Source of the DNA: Eledone cirrhosa | Lineage: Eukaryota | Length of the DNA stretch: 64,000 nucleotides | Direction: 5' to 3' | Assembly (NCBI GenBank): GCA_964016885.1 | Contig: CAXHJY010001399.1 | Span: 62,001-126,000 of the forward strand | Part shown: one piece after another, positions 28,441 through 44,155 of the stretch | Layout of the letters: each line of letters starts with the position of its first letter | How positions within the stretch are numbered: position 1 is the stretch's first letter | Notes under the pieces: generated by a model | What the model saw: only the letters and a program-made list of their open reading frames with translations | Databases searched by the model: none | What the model was told of the DNA's origin: nothing | Position numbers and translations under genes: made by a program

Positions 28441-30273
28441 AACCCTTTAGCATTTAAACTGGCCGTATCCGGCCAAAATTCTCTCACCTCTTTCTGTTCA
28501 AACCGGCCATAACCGGTTGTTCATACTGATGTTAAGGTATTGTTCTCAAAATAAATAATATCAAAATCTCGTATATTCGATATTATGTGAGATAATTATT
28601 TGAGATAAAGACTTTACAGTGAAAATACAATAGTATATATAGAGTAACTTAAATGCTAAAGGGTTAAACATTTTTGTCTAACAATTCTAACCACCTTAAT
28701 AATTGTTTCTACTTTAGGCACAAGGCCAGCAATTACCAGTGCATTACTGGTACTTTATTTTATCGACCCCGTAAGGATGAAAGGCAAAGTCAACCTCGGC
28801 GGGATTTGAACTCAGATCTAACCACCTTAATAATGATTTTTAAACATTTATTTTTTATTGTTTGTTTGTTTCTTTATTTATTTGGTTATTTATTTATTTA
28901 ATGAAAGACTCCCCCAAAAAACACACAACAAAACAACCTTAACAGCAACGGATCGAACACACGGACACAGCAACGGATCAAACACACAGACACAGCAACG
29001 GATCGAACACACGGACACAGCAACGGATCGAACACACAGACAGACACGGCGTCAGGTTATTTTGATTGGAGATTAAAAAGATTAAAGACAGGCTTGTTTG
29101 TTTGATTGACGAGAATAATACAAGCTGGGTAATTTGATAGGTATGGTTACAGAAAGTTGGTTAAGGGTTTGTTTGAGTCCTTAGGCGGTTTTCTACCCTT
29201 TTTTTTCTTTTCCACAGGTGGACTAAAGGTGATGCACACCATTAAGGTGATACAAACTTCAAACACAGAATGCTTTAGATTTGAAACTAAGTGTGAATAC
29301 ATATATAATGTTTAGAAAAGGAAATCCCTAAAGTTAGTTGATCCTTTCATAAATTACGCTCACTTCACCGCTATCTTTTTATTTATTTTATTTATTTATT
29401 TTATTTATTTATTGGGGTGGGGCGGGTTTACAAGAATTACTGTTTTGCACTTGGTAGTGTTAGGGCAGTGTTAATGTGAGAGTAAATAGATATAACTGAA
29501 TGGAGGGAGAGGGGTGAGAGAGGGAGAGAGGGAAGTGTGTGAGAGAGAAAAAATGAGGGGGAGAGAGAAGGGAAGAGAGAGAGAGAGAGATAGAGGGAGA
29601 GGGATAACAAGAAAACAGAGAGAGAACGAGATAGATAGAGAGAGGGAAAGGGAGAGAGCTTATTCCCCCTCCGGCATCTCATGGTAGTAGCAGGCAACAC
29701 TTGCCACCGATTTCTCAGTAGTTCCAGCTTTTATTAAAACTACATCTCTTCCCGTCGCCTTACCAGGACTATATTAGATTTCCAACACTTTCTAACACAA
29801 AGACGACACATAAGTCGGGTAAGTTAATTTTATTTTCTCATTCTCTGGTGGTTGCTGCTCTTTAACAATTCAAATCTTTGCTGTTCATATTCCCAGACTC
29901 CCTACAATGTTTTCTACTCATTTATCGGAAACAATAAAGTTTACGAATGAATGGAAGTAAACAAACAAACACACACACACATGTCACCAGGTCCTGAACA
30001 CAGGAGCCGAACTCCCACTGGCATCACCTCCATCTCTGTCGTCCTCCCCATCACACACACATGTCACCAGGTCCTGACACTGAGGAGCCAAACTCCCACT
30101 GTCATCACCTCCATCGCTCTCACCCCACCCCTCTCTATTATGAGCAAATGGGGTCCCACGCGCTTATCTCAATCTTTTTCTCACTTATACTGTCCGAAAC
30201 AAAAATCATTTCATTTTTTTTTTATTTATTCCACTTAATAACTCTAATGTTTACAAAGGGTCAGCAATTTTGG

Positions 30274-30495
30274 CTGTGGGTGTCCCTGGGGTGTCACTGG
30301 GGTGTGGGTGTCACTGGCGTGTGGGTATCACTGGGGTGTGGGTGTCACTGGGGTGTGGGTATCACTGGGGTGTGGGTATCACTGGGGTGTGGGTGTCACT
30401 GGGGTGTGGGTATCATTGGGGTGTGGGTGTCACTGGGGTGTAGGTGGCTCTAGGGTGTGGGTGTCATTGTGGGAGGGTGTTCACTAGGGTGTGGT
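30274..30495. repeat. G-rich minisatellite, about 17-bp unit
   Basis: GGGT(G/A)TCACTGGGGTGT units. Confidence 0.9.
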
Positions 30496-31190
30496 CATAT
30501 TGCGGGAGGGTGGAGGGAGGAAAATCGATTATATTGATCCAGTACTTGACTGCTCTGGACTGGGTTGTGTTTGTTGTGTTCTTGAGCAAAACACTTCATT
30601 TCACGTTGCTCCAGGATACTCAGACGAAAATGATATACCAGCAATATCTGGAGGTTTAACCCTGTGATGGACTGGTGTTCTCTCCAGTGGGAGGTAGTCT
30701 TGTACTGTCAGTCACTTAATGCCCCAGAAACCAGGATAAACACTGGTCTGATCAGCCTCCGGGACAGGGGGGACATACTTTAACCCTGTGATGGACTGGC
30801 GTCCTCTCCAGTGGGAGGTAGTCTTGTACTGTCAGTCACTTAATGCCCCAGAAACCAGGATAAACACTGGTCTGATCAGCCTCTTCAGACTTTAGACTTT
30901 TAGGCTTGACTTCTACTTTAGTTTATCGAACTCCTGGAAGGCTGAATGGGAAAGTAGACTTCGGTGGGATTTGAACTCTGGACAGAAACAGGTCGGAATT
31001 TAAATGTTGCAAAACATTTTGTCTGGCGCTCTACCAATTCTGCCTCTCCCCCTTTATCTGTTTAAAATAATTTCTTTGGATTCTCAGATGGTCAACAGTC
31101 TTGCATGGGGGGGGGGGGGGTCGACTACAAGTGCGTGTGTGTGTGTGTGCGTGTAACATATGTGCAACACATATAAATATATATTTCTGA

Positions 31191-31228
31191 CTGATGAACC
31201 TGTGAGAAGCAGGCGAAACTCTAGAGTT
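31191..31228 (+). ncRNA. Minimal HHR core (stem I weak)
   Basis: CTGATGA-ACCTG-loop-CAGGC-GAAA-CTCTAGAG(palindrome)-TT. Confidence 0.55.
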
Positions 31229-31594
31229 ACAAGAGTCACGATTTAGCCTTATGATGATAATAATAATTGTTTCATTTATTAGCCACAAGGGCCGACATGT
31301 AGGGGACAATACCAAGACAGGGACAGTGGGGGTGGGGGTTACAATAAAATTGGGGGAGAATACACAATAACAAAAACCATAATACACCAGGTATATGTGA
31401 TTTCTTTATAAGCCACGCAGGGTTGACATTAAGGAGACCTTAAAGACGGTACAGGGTGATAGAGGGGGTGGGGGTTCTTGTATAAAATAGAATTTATAAA
31501 AGAGACTAAGAAAATAACCATTAAAAAAACAAACATTACAAATTCTCCAAAAACCAGGTTTACCCTGACCAGCACGGCAAGCTTCCTCTCCCAG

Positions 31595-31845
<251 letters not shown>

Positions 31846-31937
31846 GTATGTATATTTATTAAAATAACAGATTAAAGTTTAAGCAAAGAATCGCTGCTTT
31901 CACCCTTAACGGGATCTTATATATATATATATATGTA

Positions 31938-31990
<53 letters not shown>

Positions 31991-32163
31991 ATACATATAT
32001 ATATGTATATATATATATGTATATATGTATATATATATATATATGTGTATACATATATATATGTATATATATATATGTATATATGTATATATATGTATAT
32101 ATGTATATATATATATATGTATGTATATATATATATTATGTATATATATATATATATATATGT

Positions 32164-32312
32164 ATTATTTCTGAAGACGGCGTATATATGTGTTTGGTAT
32201 GTATATTTAATCTTGATAATTTGTATAATTTTGTATAATTTTGTACATAGATCTGTTGAATATGCATGCCAATTCTAACACATATATATCCTAGAAACGA
32301 TCGTTAAATAAT
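32164..32312 (+). ncRNA. Type I HHR motif with about 116-nt stem II domain
   Basis: ATTATTT-CTGAAGA-...-GAAA-CGATCG-TT-AAATAAT; copies at 49464-49611, 49318-49465(-) and 62905-63042. Confidence 0.7.
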
Positions 32313-32370
32313 GAACTTTTTTTGTTTAATATAAGAAATTGTTTATTCATTATTTGTTTAATATTTTATA

Positions 32371-32595
<225 letters not shown>

Positions 32596-32610
32596 GTATA
32601 TATATATATG

Positions 32611-32657
<47 letters not shown>

Positions 32658-32772
32658 GTATATATATATATGTATATATATATATATGTATATATATATG
32701 TATATATATATGTATATATATATATATGTATATATATATATGTATGTATATATATATATGTATATATATATG

Positions 32773-32805
<33 letters not shown>

Positions 32806-32838
32806 GTATGTATGTATATGTATATATATGTATGTATG

Positions 32839-32869
<31 letters not shown>

Positions 32870-32898
32870 GTATATATATATATGTATATATATATATG

Positions 32899-32949
<51 letters not shown>

Positions 32950-33000
32950 GTATATATATATATATATATATGACATCACATATATATATATATATATATA

Positions 33001-34015
33001 TGACATCACTGACATCATCAAACACAGCAACATTAAAATTTTCGCTGATGATTCCAAGCTCCAAAAGGTCATCAATGGCGTGGATGACCGGATAAGCCTT
33101 CAGTCAGACCTACTGGCTGTTACCCAATGGGCGGAAAAGAACAACATGTTACTGAACGAAGACAAATTCGAACTGATCCACTTTGGAAAAGAGGATGCTC
33201 TGAAACTCCCGTACTCCCTTCCCTCCGGGGAAACTCTCGTGGCATCTAACAACATCAGAGACTTGGGAGTAACCGTGGACAGCAACATAAGCTGGACCAC
33301 GCATATAAGCAGCAAAGTTGACATGGCCCGCAGAATCTGTTCCTGGATCCTCAGAACCTTCCAGTCGAGAGATTCCCACACCATTATCCTTCTCTTCTCT
33401 ACTTTTGCCCGACCACACCTTGAATACTGTTGTCCACTGTGGTCTCCCCACACGAAACAAAGTATCATGAAACTTGAAGCTCCTCAAAGGGCAATCACGA
33501 AAAAGATAGATGGCATGTCAGACCTTGACTACTGGGGTCGACTAGAAAACCTGAAACTTTACTCACTCCAACGTCGCCGTGAGCGTTATATTATCTGCAT
33601 GATGTGGAAAATGTTCCATCATCACTGCCCAAATGATGTTGGCATCGCCTTCAAGATACACCCAAGGCTTGGGCCCCGTGCTATCCGTCCCATTCAAAAA
33701 TCTAAATCGCAACTCATAACAACAATACGGCACAATTATTTCACCTCAATCGGCCCTGCTCTCTTCAACATCACACCAGGACACGTCAAAACAGAAACTG
33801 ACCACACAAAATTCAAGAAGTCTTTGGACAAATTCCTCCAAGTAATCCCGGACAAACCACCCACACCCGGATATGTCTCCGCAAACAGTAATTCTCTTCT
33901 CGAATGGGCCATGGTGCCCAAATCCTGAATTGAAAGACTTCGCCAGGTGGTGCTATTAAGTTAGACATGGCCTGGGCCAATACTGGCCAAAACATTTCAA
34001 AGTTATTCAAAGTTA
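33001..34015 (+). mobile_element. 5'-truncated CR1-like LINE, RT C-terminal half
   Basis: Open frame to the stop at 33928: [36 protein letters not shown]; short 3' UTR; long TA-rich tracts on both sides. Confidence 0.9.
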
Positions 34016-34017
34016 TG

Positions 34018-34242
<225 letters not shown>

Positions 34243-34598
34243 GATGATAATGGAGCTGCGACGTTGCAAATGGGTTACATATGAAAAAGTAAGTCCTTCG
34301 TCAGTGGCCTTCCAACCGTCCTAGGCATTTCATCGCTTTAAGGGCCATATACCTCAGGTTGGTGCGAACAACGGCTAAAAAAAGTCGTTGGGACACGTAA
34401 ATAAAGGGGACGCTAGGGTGAACAAACAAAATGGTTTAAGCAACAGAAAGTGAGAAGAAAGAGACAAGTCCCAGATTTCTATGAATATAAACTCGGTGAA
34501 ATCGTGAACGAGAGACGAAAGACCATCAAACCTGGTTGAAATGTGAGCAAGGAAGGAATTTCGCACAGGTCTAACGGGAGGAAGAAGGGGTCTGGTCT

Positions 34599-35875
<1,277 letters not shown>

Positions 35876-36076
35876 GATTTTTCCCTGGATTTCAATAAAT
35901 TCTGTGGATGAATCTATATCCTGATTCTCTTTAGGATGAGTTTAAATTATTTTTCCCACATCTTACGTTAACTATTTTTCCCATTTTGACGCTATAGTCA
36001 CTTATATACTATGGAATGCTGTTCGCTTTTCGCTGCAGTGTTTTCTATACCTTTCATTTATATATGTATATATATG

Positions 36077-36182
<106 letters not shown>

Positions 36183-36593
36183 TTTATATATATATGAATT
36201 TATATATATATATGAATTTATATATATATGAATTTATATATGTATATATATATATATATATATGAATTTATATATGTATATATATATGTATATATATATA
36301 TATATGAATTTATATATGTATATATATATATATATGAATTTATATATGTATATATATATATATATATATATGAATATATATATGTATATATATATGAGCA
36401 ACGATGGTTGCTAGACACTGTACGGCTTAATTCGGGATGTTTGTTTACAAACACACCGAACATTATAATAAATGTTCGGTGAATCCATACATACATATAT
36501 ATATATGTGTGCATGTATGTATATATATATATATACATACTACTGAACGTCTGTATACATATATGTATGTACATATACATACTTATATTTATG

Positions 36594-36656
<63 letters not shown>

Positions 36657-36977
36657 ACTATATTATATTTAGAGATTAAACTTTTAGTCGTTTACAATTA
36701 ATCAGCTCAAAGAAAGAGGCATTTCTGAGCAGTGAAATACAAGTTATATATTAATATATATGATAAACACAAAACGTGTTTGTATTGTAACAGACAAAGT
36801 TAGCTAGCAATGAAATAAACTAATTAAAGTGAATACAATTTGTCTGTCTAGATATAAGTCAATAAAGACAAGCTTATATTGGCAAAAGCCGTGATTCCTG
36901 GACAAATTTAAATTTCAAAATCCAAACCCGCTCCGTAGATGAATTTGATATTCGAAACCCATATATGTATGTAAATG

Positions 36978-37286
36978 TTATTCTTTTTGGTAAATATCAT
37001 CTTGGTTAAGGGAGTGGGACTGGCTTTGTGCACTGCCTTTGCTCACTATAAAAGCTTCACGGCACAGGCATTGCTTTATACCTGGAGATCTCTCTGCACT
37101 TGTCGTCACATGGTACCATGGGCCCAGCACTATGTGTCAATAATTGTCACAAGTGTAGTGTTTGTACCAGAGTTTTCAAGTCGCTGGCTGGACTAAAAAG
37201 TCACACTCGTTCAGCGCATCGGTAGGGGTTCTCCCACATGGATATAAAGTAGTGGCAGTACTCGAAAACGAGTTGGCAGCCACCAT
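36978..37286 (+). mobile_element. 5'-truncated copy of the RTE-like repeat
   Basis: Homologous to about 8272-8580; from 37154 reads [23 protein letters not shown]. Confidence 0.75.
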
Positions 37287-37395
37287 ATGTATAGTATACA
37301 TATATATTTATAGTATACATATACATTGTATACATATCATCATCGTTTAACGCCCATCTTCCACGCTAGCATGAGTTAGACGGGAGTTGTATGTA

Positions 37396-37492
<97 letters not shown>

Positions 37493-37624
37493 ATGTATGT
37501 ATGTATGTATGTATGTATGTATGTATGCATGTATGTATGTATAGATATGTATGTATGTATGTATGTATAGATAGATATGTATGTATGTATGTATGTATGT
37601 ATGTGTGTGTGTGTATGTATGTCT

Positions 37625-38073
37625 GTTCTTCTGGTTTTATAATTTCATAAAGTTTTACCAATAGAGAGAGAGTTGGTTTCTAACATAGACACAAGACTCT
37701 CTCATTGGAATTTACACATCAACTAGGTAGATATGTATGTCTGCATGTGTAGATATGGATGTTATTGTATGTGTGGATGTGGATGTTTTGAGTTGTATGT
37801 GTGCATGTGTACATGCTTTGTATCTGTACATGTGTATATGCAGTTATTAGATGCACTATTTTTGGAATGTTTTACATATTTTTACTGTTCCATTAATGGA
37901 TTGTACTTGTAATTTCCTAACTAGTTGTGTTCTTTCTGTTCCTGTGAAGCCTAGCTTCTCAAGATTTGTATTGAGGCAGTTACTAACATACCCCCAGTGC
38001 CCCAATAATCACAGGCATAAATCTGAAGGTGTAATAAGGGTGGAGTATCTGCTGATTTCTCATTAGTTCTGCA
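37625..38073 (-). mobile_element. 3' end of the R4/Dong-like family seen at 8597-8960
   Basis: Clear nucleotide homology to about 8608-8962; abuts (TATG)n. Confidence 0.75.
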
Positions 38074-38435
38074 TGTATATATGTATGGTATGAACCCGTA
38101 ACCCCGAGGAGTCGTAGGGACGCCATATTGATAAACAACATTTTTAGGGCATTATCTTAAAACCTGGTGGAGCCCATCTCCTCTCCAGGCCTGAATACAG
38201 CAGATTTCTTCCATAGAAGGATAGAGAGAGTGGGGGAAAGAAGGTGAGAGAGAGATATAGAGGAAGAATCAACCCACTACATGACTGGTACTTTTTTATC
38301 GACCTCAAAAGGATGAAAAGCAAAGTTGACCTCGGTGGGATTTGAACTCAGAGTGTGGAGAGCTGGAATACCATAAAGTACTCTATCTGATATTCTAACG
38401 ACTCTACCAATTCACCGTATATATATATATATATA

Positions 38436-39745
38436 CAGTTGTCCCCGGGTATTCGCGGGGTTACGTTCCTCGAGCACCCGCGAAGAGTCAAAATCCGCGA
38501 AAATTGCACGTGGTTCATAAAAATGCCTATAACCGTCAAAACATAACATAAATATAAACTCTAGGCCGAAACATAACATAAAATATAAACTATAGTCCGA
38601 AACATAACATAAAATATAAACTATAGGCCGAAACATAACATAAAATATAAACTATAGTCCGAAACATAACATAAAATATAAACTATAGGCCGAAACATAA
38701 CATAAATATAAACTATAGGCCGAAACATAACATAAAATATAAACTCTAGGCCGAAACATAACATAAATATAAACTATAGTCCGAAACATAACATAAAATA
38801 TAAACTATAGTCCGAAACATAACATAAAATATAAACTATAGGCCGAAACATAACATAAATATAAACTATAGTCCGAAACATAACATAAAATATAAACTAT
38901 AGTCCGAAACATAACATAAAATATAAACTATAGTCCGAAACATAACATAAAATATAAACTATAGTCCGAAACATAACATAAAATATAAACTATAGGCCGA
39001 AACATAACATAAAATATAAACTATAGTCCGAAACATAACATAAAATATAAACTATAGGCCGAAACATAACATAAAATATAAACTATAGTCCGAAACATAA
39101 CATAAAATATAAACTATAGTCCGAAACATAACATAAAATATAAACTATAGGCCGAAACATAACATAAAATATAAACTATAGTCCGAAACATAACATAAAA
39201 TATAAACTATAGTCCGAAACATAACATAAAATATAAACTATAGTCCGAAACATAACATAAAATATAAACTATAGGCCGAAACATAAACATAAAATATAAA
39301 CTATAGGCCGAAACATAACATAAAATATAAACTATAGTCCGAAACATAACATAAAATATAAACTATAGTCCGGGAAATACGTTTTATTGTTATTAATAAT
39401 TTAGCGTTTAAAAGATTAAAAATATATATTGCCACGAAAAGAGTCATGAAAATATCGCGGAAGATATTTACGATTCCGCGAATATGCGGTGGTTTCCATG
39501 AACCTGAATTGGCAGTATCGGAAGAGGGTCGGACATGCTTTCCAGCATAGTTACGTCCCTTTACGATCTGAGTTCAAAATCCGCCCGAGGTTAACTTTGC
39601 CTTTCATCCTTACGGGGTCGATAAAATAAAGTACCAGTAATGTACTGGGTAATTGCTGGCCTTGTGCCTAAAATAGAAACAATTATTAGTTAGGTTCTAA
39701 GGAAAATTCCGCGAATAATCGGGACCGCGAATGTTGGGGTTACAC
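38436..39745. mobile_element. Tc1/mariner (Tigger/pogo-like) non-autonomous element holding a 31-bp array and a SINE
   Basis: TA-CAGTTGTCCCCGGGTATTCGCGG at left; degenerate CCGCGAATGTTGGGG at right; repeated CCGCGAA subterminal motifs. Confidence 0.55.
38538..39372. repeat. 31-bp minisatellite, about 27 copies
   Basis: CCGAAACATAACATAAAATATAAACTATAG(T/G). Confidence 0.95.
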
Positions 39746-39746
39746 C

Positions 39747-39839
<93 letters not shown>

Positions 39840-39886
39840 ATAATAATAATAATAAAAACATGTGGAGAGGAGGCACACGAGTTAGG

Positions 39887-40351
39887 ATATATATATATAT
39901 GAAATCAGGGAGAAAGAGACGATTATGAGGAAGAACAATTTTTTTTTTTCCTTTTTTTTTTGTGTCTCTCTCTCTCTCTTTTTTCTGGGTTAGAAAATGA
40001 TTAAAACGAAATGCTTTACTTTGTGTGAAGTGTTAAGGTATTAGTTGATTTATTTATTATTTAACAATGGCATTTATTTATCTATTTATATATTTAATTA
40101 TTGTCTATTACCGGTTTCTGCATTTATATGCATTATCAAATGATAGTGAAATGTATTAGTGTGGTGTCGCACATGTTAAACAGAAGGTGCTGCCATTGTT
40201 AAATAATAAATAAATCAACTAATACCTTAACACTTCACCCAAAGTAAAACATTTCGTTTTAATCATTTTCTAACCCAGAAAAAGAGAGAGAGACACAAAA
40301 AAAAGGAAGAAAAAAAATTTTTCTTCCTCATAATCGTCTCTTTCTCCCTGT

Positions 40352-40362
<11 letters not shown>
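39887..40362. repeat. Imperfect inverted repeat with a variant HHR motif in the spacer
   Basis: Arms at about 39887-40062 and 40198-40362; minus strand 40103-40146 reads TTGATAA-TGCAT.ATGCA-GAAA-CCGG-TA. Confidence 0.7.
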
Positions 40363-40423
<61 letters not shown>

Positions 40424-40550
40424 CTCCACGTTGGCAAAATACTACATGTGATGTGTATAAGAAGCAAATTGCGTAGGTTTGAAACTAAACTGCGAAGACA
40501 GAAGACATTTGTAAAAGAATGTCATTGAGAGAAGTAAGGAATCCTGAAAT

Positions 40551-40750
40551 ATGGTGACTGTCGTCTGTTATGGTTGTTGTACATTCTACACCCCCTAGCA
40601 GCACTGGTTACAACAGTGAACACAGAGATGGTGACTGTCGTCTGTTATGGTTGTTGTACATTCTACACCCCCTAGCAGCACTGGTTACAACAGTGAACAC
40701 AGAGATGGTGACTGTCGTCTGTTATGGTTGTTGTACATTCTACACCCCCT
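40551..40750. repeat. 77-bp tandem repeat, 2.6 copies
   Basis: ATGGTGACTGTCG at 40551, 40628 and 40705. Confidence 0.9.
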
Positions 40751-40833
40751 AAATATTTTTATAACTGATATAAAGCACTCAACAAATTATACAATATATT
40801 AAAAAATGGAAACTATATTTATAAAACCATATT

Positions 40834-40899
40834 TATTTCATTATACATATTTCAAGGGCCACCTGAGCAAACTATGGTGCGCTTTCATCAGATAAAATA
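40834..40899 (-). ncRNA. Type I HHR motif
   Basis: Reverse complement reads TATTTTAT-CTGATGA-stem II-GAAA-TATGTA-TA-ATGAAATA. Confidence 0.7.
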
Positions 40900-40972
40900 T
40901 AATATAGGTTAGTTTTATAAATAAATATTGACATACCCTTAAAAAATGCAACCATTCTGGTTGGAATCTCCT

Positions 40973-41010
<38 letters not shown>

Positions 41011-41065
41011 AAATAAAATAAAGTTAAATAAAAAGTCAAATGATTAAAGTTTAGCTTCGTTTATT

Positions 41066-41120
41066 ACTGCTATATATATTTCAGTGACAGCCATCTTTGG
41101 CTGTGACCTCTTCAGGCAGT
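41066..41120 (-). ncRNA. Type I HHR motif (family of 13580)
   Basis: Reverse complement reads ACTGC-CTGAAGA-GGTCACAGCCA.TGGCTGTCACT-GAAA-TATATA-TA-GCAGT. Confidence 0.7.
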
Positions 41121-41186
41121 TTGAATTAGTATGGTATAGACAAGTACCATATACAACCAACATATACAACCAACATAAACTCAAAA

Positions 41187-41236
<50 letters not shown>

Positions 41237-41519
41237 TTCATATACATACATATATAAGTACATATATACATACATATATAAGTACATATGTGTATATATA
41301 TATAAATATATAAGTGTGTGCCGGTATGTATATCGTGAAGGCGTGTGGCTCGGTTGTTAGGAGTTTTCAGCTCACCATTGTAAGGTTGTGACAGCTGACA
41401 GTAATGAGTTGTACCAGTAATTCTTGAGGGGGCCCAGCTTTAAAATACGACCAAAGATATCTGGAAAAGGGGGGAAATATCTAATCTGTTTTGTGTGAGA
41501 GCCAGGGGACAGATGGTTG

Positions 41520-41790
41520 CGACCATAAGGAAGCAAAAGCTACATTACTTTGGCCATGTCATCGGGGATCAGAAGCTTAGAAAACCACACCCCGGAGGGA
41601 CACATTGATGGTAGGTAGAAAACTGAGAAGAGGAGACCAAGTCGTCGCTGGAGTGATGACATCGGGGAGTGGACGGGAAGAAGGCTGGCGGAGTGTACGG
41701 TTGCAGTGATGGAGAAGTGCTACTGGCGGACATTGGTGTATTTCTTCATGGTCACCCGACCCCTCAGTGATGAGGATGGGAAATGACAAC
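41520..41790 (+). pseudogene. RTE-clade LINE 3' remnant
   Basis: TIRKQKLHYFGHVI...EGHIDGR*...RPSRRWSDDIGEWTG. Confidence 0.7.
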
Positions 41791-42032
41791 ATAAGCGGAA
41801 CATCCCTAAAGGGAGTTTCAGTGTTGAAGTTGCGAGGATAGTGTCAGTTTGATCTAAGTCTTTCGCCACCCGCCATATTCAGACAGTACGACTCCATTTG
41901 TGTATATATACACTTCCTGAAGAACGTTGCCCTCGGCCAGTTTTACCTCAACATTTTCTTAACACCCACACACAATTACACCACACATACACACTACCTT
42001 ACATTACACTATAATTACACTACCTCTCTCTC

Positions 42033-42084
<52 letters not shown>

Positions 42085-42134
42085 GATAGGTAAATATACA
42101 CGGGTGTGTATGATTGTGTATAGAAGATTATATT

Positions 42135-42530
42135 AATAAGAGGAATTCCAACTTTGTCTGATTTACTCGTTTTATTTACAATCCTTTAAAATTTATAATG
42201 GTATTATAATGAAATAGTATGATAGAATATTAAATTCTAAGTGTTAATTGAACAAGTACTTTCATGCTTTCGCAATCTTCAGGTTCATAATATGTGGTGA
42301 CAGTCGAGTTTGCAATTTTCAACTGTGGAGAATATTACACAGTTGAAAATTGCAAACTCGACTGTCACCACATATTATGAACCTGAAGATTGCGAAAGCA
42401 TGAAAGTACTTGTTCAATTAACACTTAGAATTTAATATTCTATCATACTATTTCATTATAATACCATTATAAATTTTAAAGGATTGTAAATAAAACGAGT
42501 AAATCAGACAAAGTTGGAATTCCTCTTATT
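42135..42530. repeat. Palindrome (193-bp arms, 10-bp spacer) with an HHR in each arm
   Basis: 42135-42327 / 42338-42530; TGAAC-CTGAAGA-TTGC.GCAT-GAAA-GTAC-TT-GTTCA at 42378-42416 and its mirror at 42249-42287. Confidence 0.85.
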
Positions 42531-42820
42531 TTTATATATATATATATATATATATTAATGAGAGGTATAGAGATTGTTTTAGCGAGAAGCTAATAGTATT
42601 CTATAACATATATGGGACTATAACGTCAAGATGGGAAAAATATATATATATATATATAGGAACGAGTAAGACCCCGACGGCTGAACTCAAGCCGTTTCGA
42701 CGGCTAAATCTGGACTAATATTAGTCCAGAATTAGCCGTCCTATTACCCACTCTACTACCCTAAGTATTGAGTACTTTGGTGCGTTATGGTCCACCTGGT
42801 TCCTTACCACATTTCCTTCG

Positions 42821-42950
<130 letters not shown>

Positions 42951-43199
42951 GTTAATGTAGTTAAAACAATGACAAGACAAACAACACGGAAATGCAAAAA
43001 CATTAAGTCGTATCGGTATCACGTTATGGGAAAGTAGAGGTATATATATATATGTTCTCATTCCTTGTATTTTGATCATGCTTTATTTTTATTTATTATT
43101 TATTATATTTTTGTCTTTATTTGTTAATTTTTCATTCGCACCGTTTCCTTTCGCTATATGTCTCTCCACCACTCCCCTACACACCTTTTGAACTCTTAC

Positions 43200-43230
43200 C
43201 TGAAGAAGGGCTTATGCCCGAAACGTCGTC
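43200..43230 (+). ncRNA. Minimal HHR core
   Basis: CTGAAGA-AGGGC-TTAT-GCCC-GAAA-CGTCG-TC; no evident stem I. Confidence 0.55.
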
Positions 43231-43314
43231 CCCCACCTACCCCCCACTCTCCTGAGCGTGAATCTAATAAACATTTGTCGTACTGCCTCTCTGTTCTGTC
43301 CCTGTTCAATTTTT

Positions 43315-43367
<53 letters not shown>

Positions 43368-43368
<1 letters not shown>

Positions 43369-43551
43369 GTTATTCCGGGTTGAATCGGAGGTAACCACAG
43401 TAAGTAAGGTACTCAATACATAGCAGAGTATAACAGTTTTAATATAGATGAGATTCTACAGGACTAGAACTGTTTCATTCATTAGAAATCATCATTCCTG
43501 ATGATTTCTAATGAATGAAACAGTTCTAGTCCTGTAGAATCTCATCTATAT
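43368..43551. repeat. Hairpin plus tail remnant in (TA)n with an HHR core at the apex
   Basis: Arms 43442-43494 and 43499-43551; CTGATGA-TTTC.GAAT-GAAA-CAGTTCTAG-TC from 43498. Confidence 0.75.
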
Positions 43552-43605
43552 ATATATATATATATATATATAGTGTGTGTTGTATGTATGTGTATTTATA
43601 GTGTA

Positions 43606-43667
<62 letters not shown>

Positions 43668-43706
43668 TATATAGTGTGTGTTGTATGTATGTGTATATAT
43701 AGTGTA

Positions 43707-43756
<50 letters not shown>

Positions 43757-44155
43757 TATATAGTGTGTGTTGTATGTATGTGTATATATAGTGTATATAT
43801 GTGTATATATATATATGTATGTGTATATAGTGTGTGAGTATATATATATATGTGTATATAAATGTGTATATATAGTTTAGTGAAGTGTAGTGTAAACAAA
43901 TCTCCGCTCGAGATACTCCTGTGCGGTGTTACTACCCCGAGGGTACAGGTGGATGTCAACACACCCCTGTCCTACATTAACACAACACCTTAGAGTATGA
44001 AATAGTCTAGAAACAATTCCTGGCTCTTATCGGTACTTTAAGGGGTCGGTTGGGGGTCGGGGTAAATATGAAGTGGGCACATAACACAAAGGGCCCAGAG
44101 TACAGATTATTTGAGGATTGGTAAATGTCACTGAGATGGTATTATACGGTACTGC

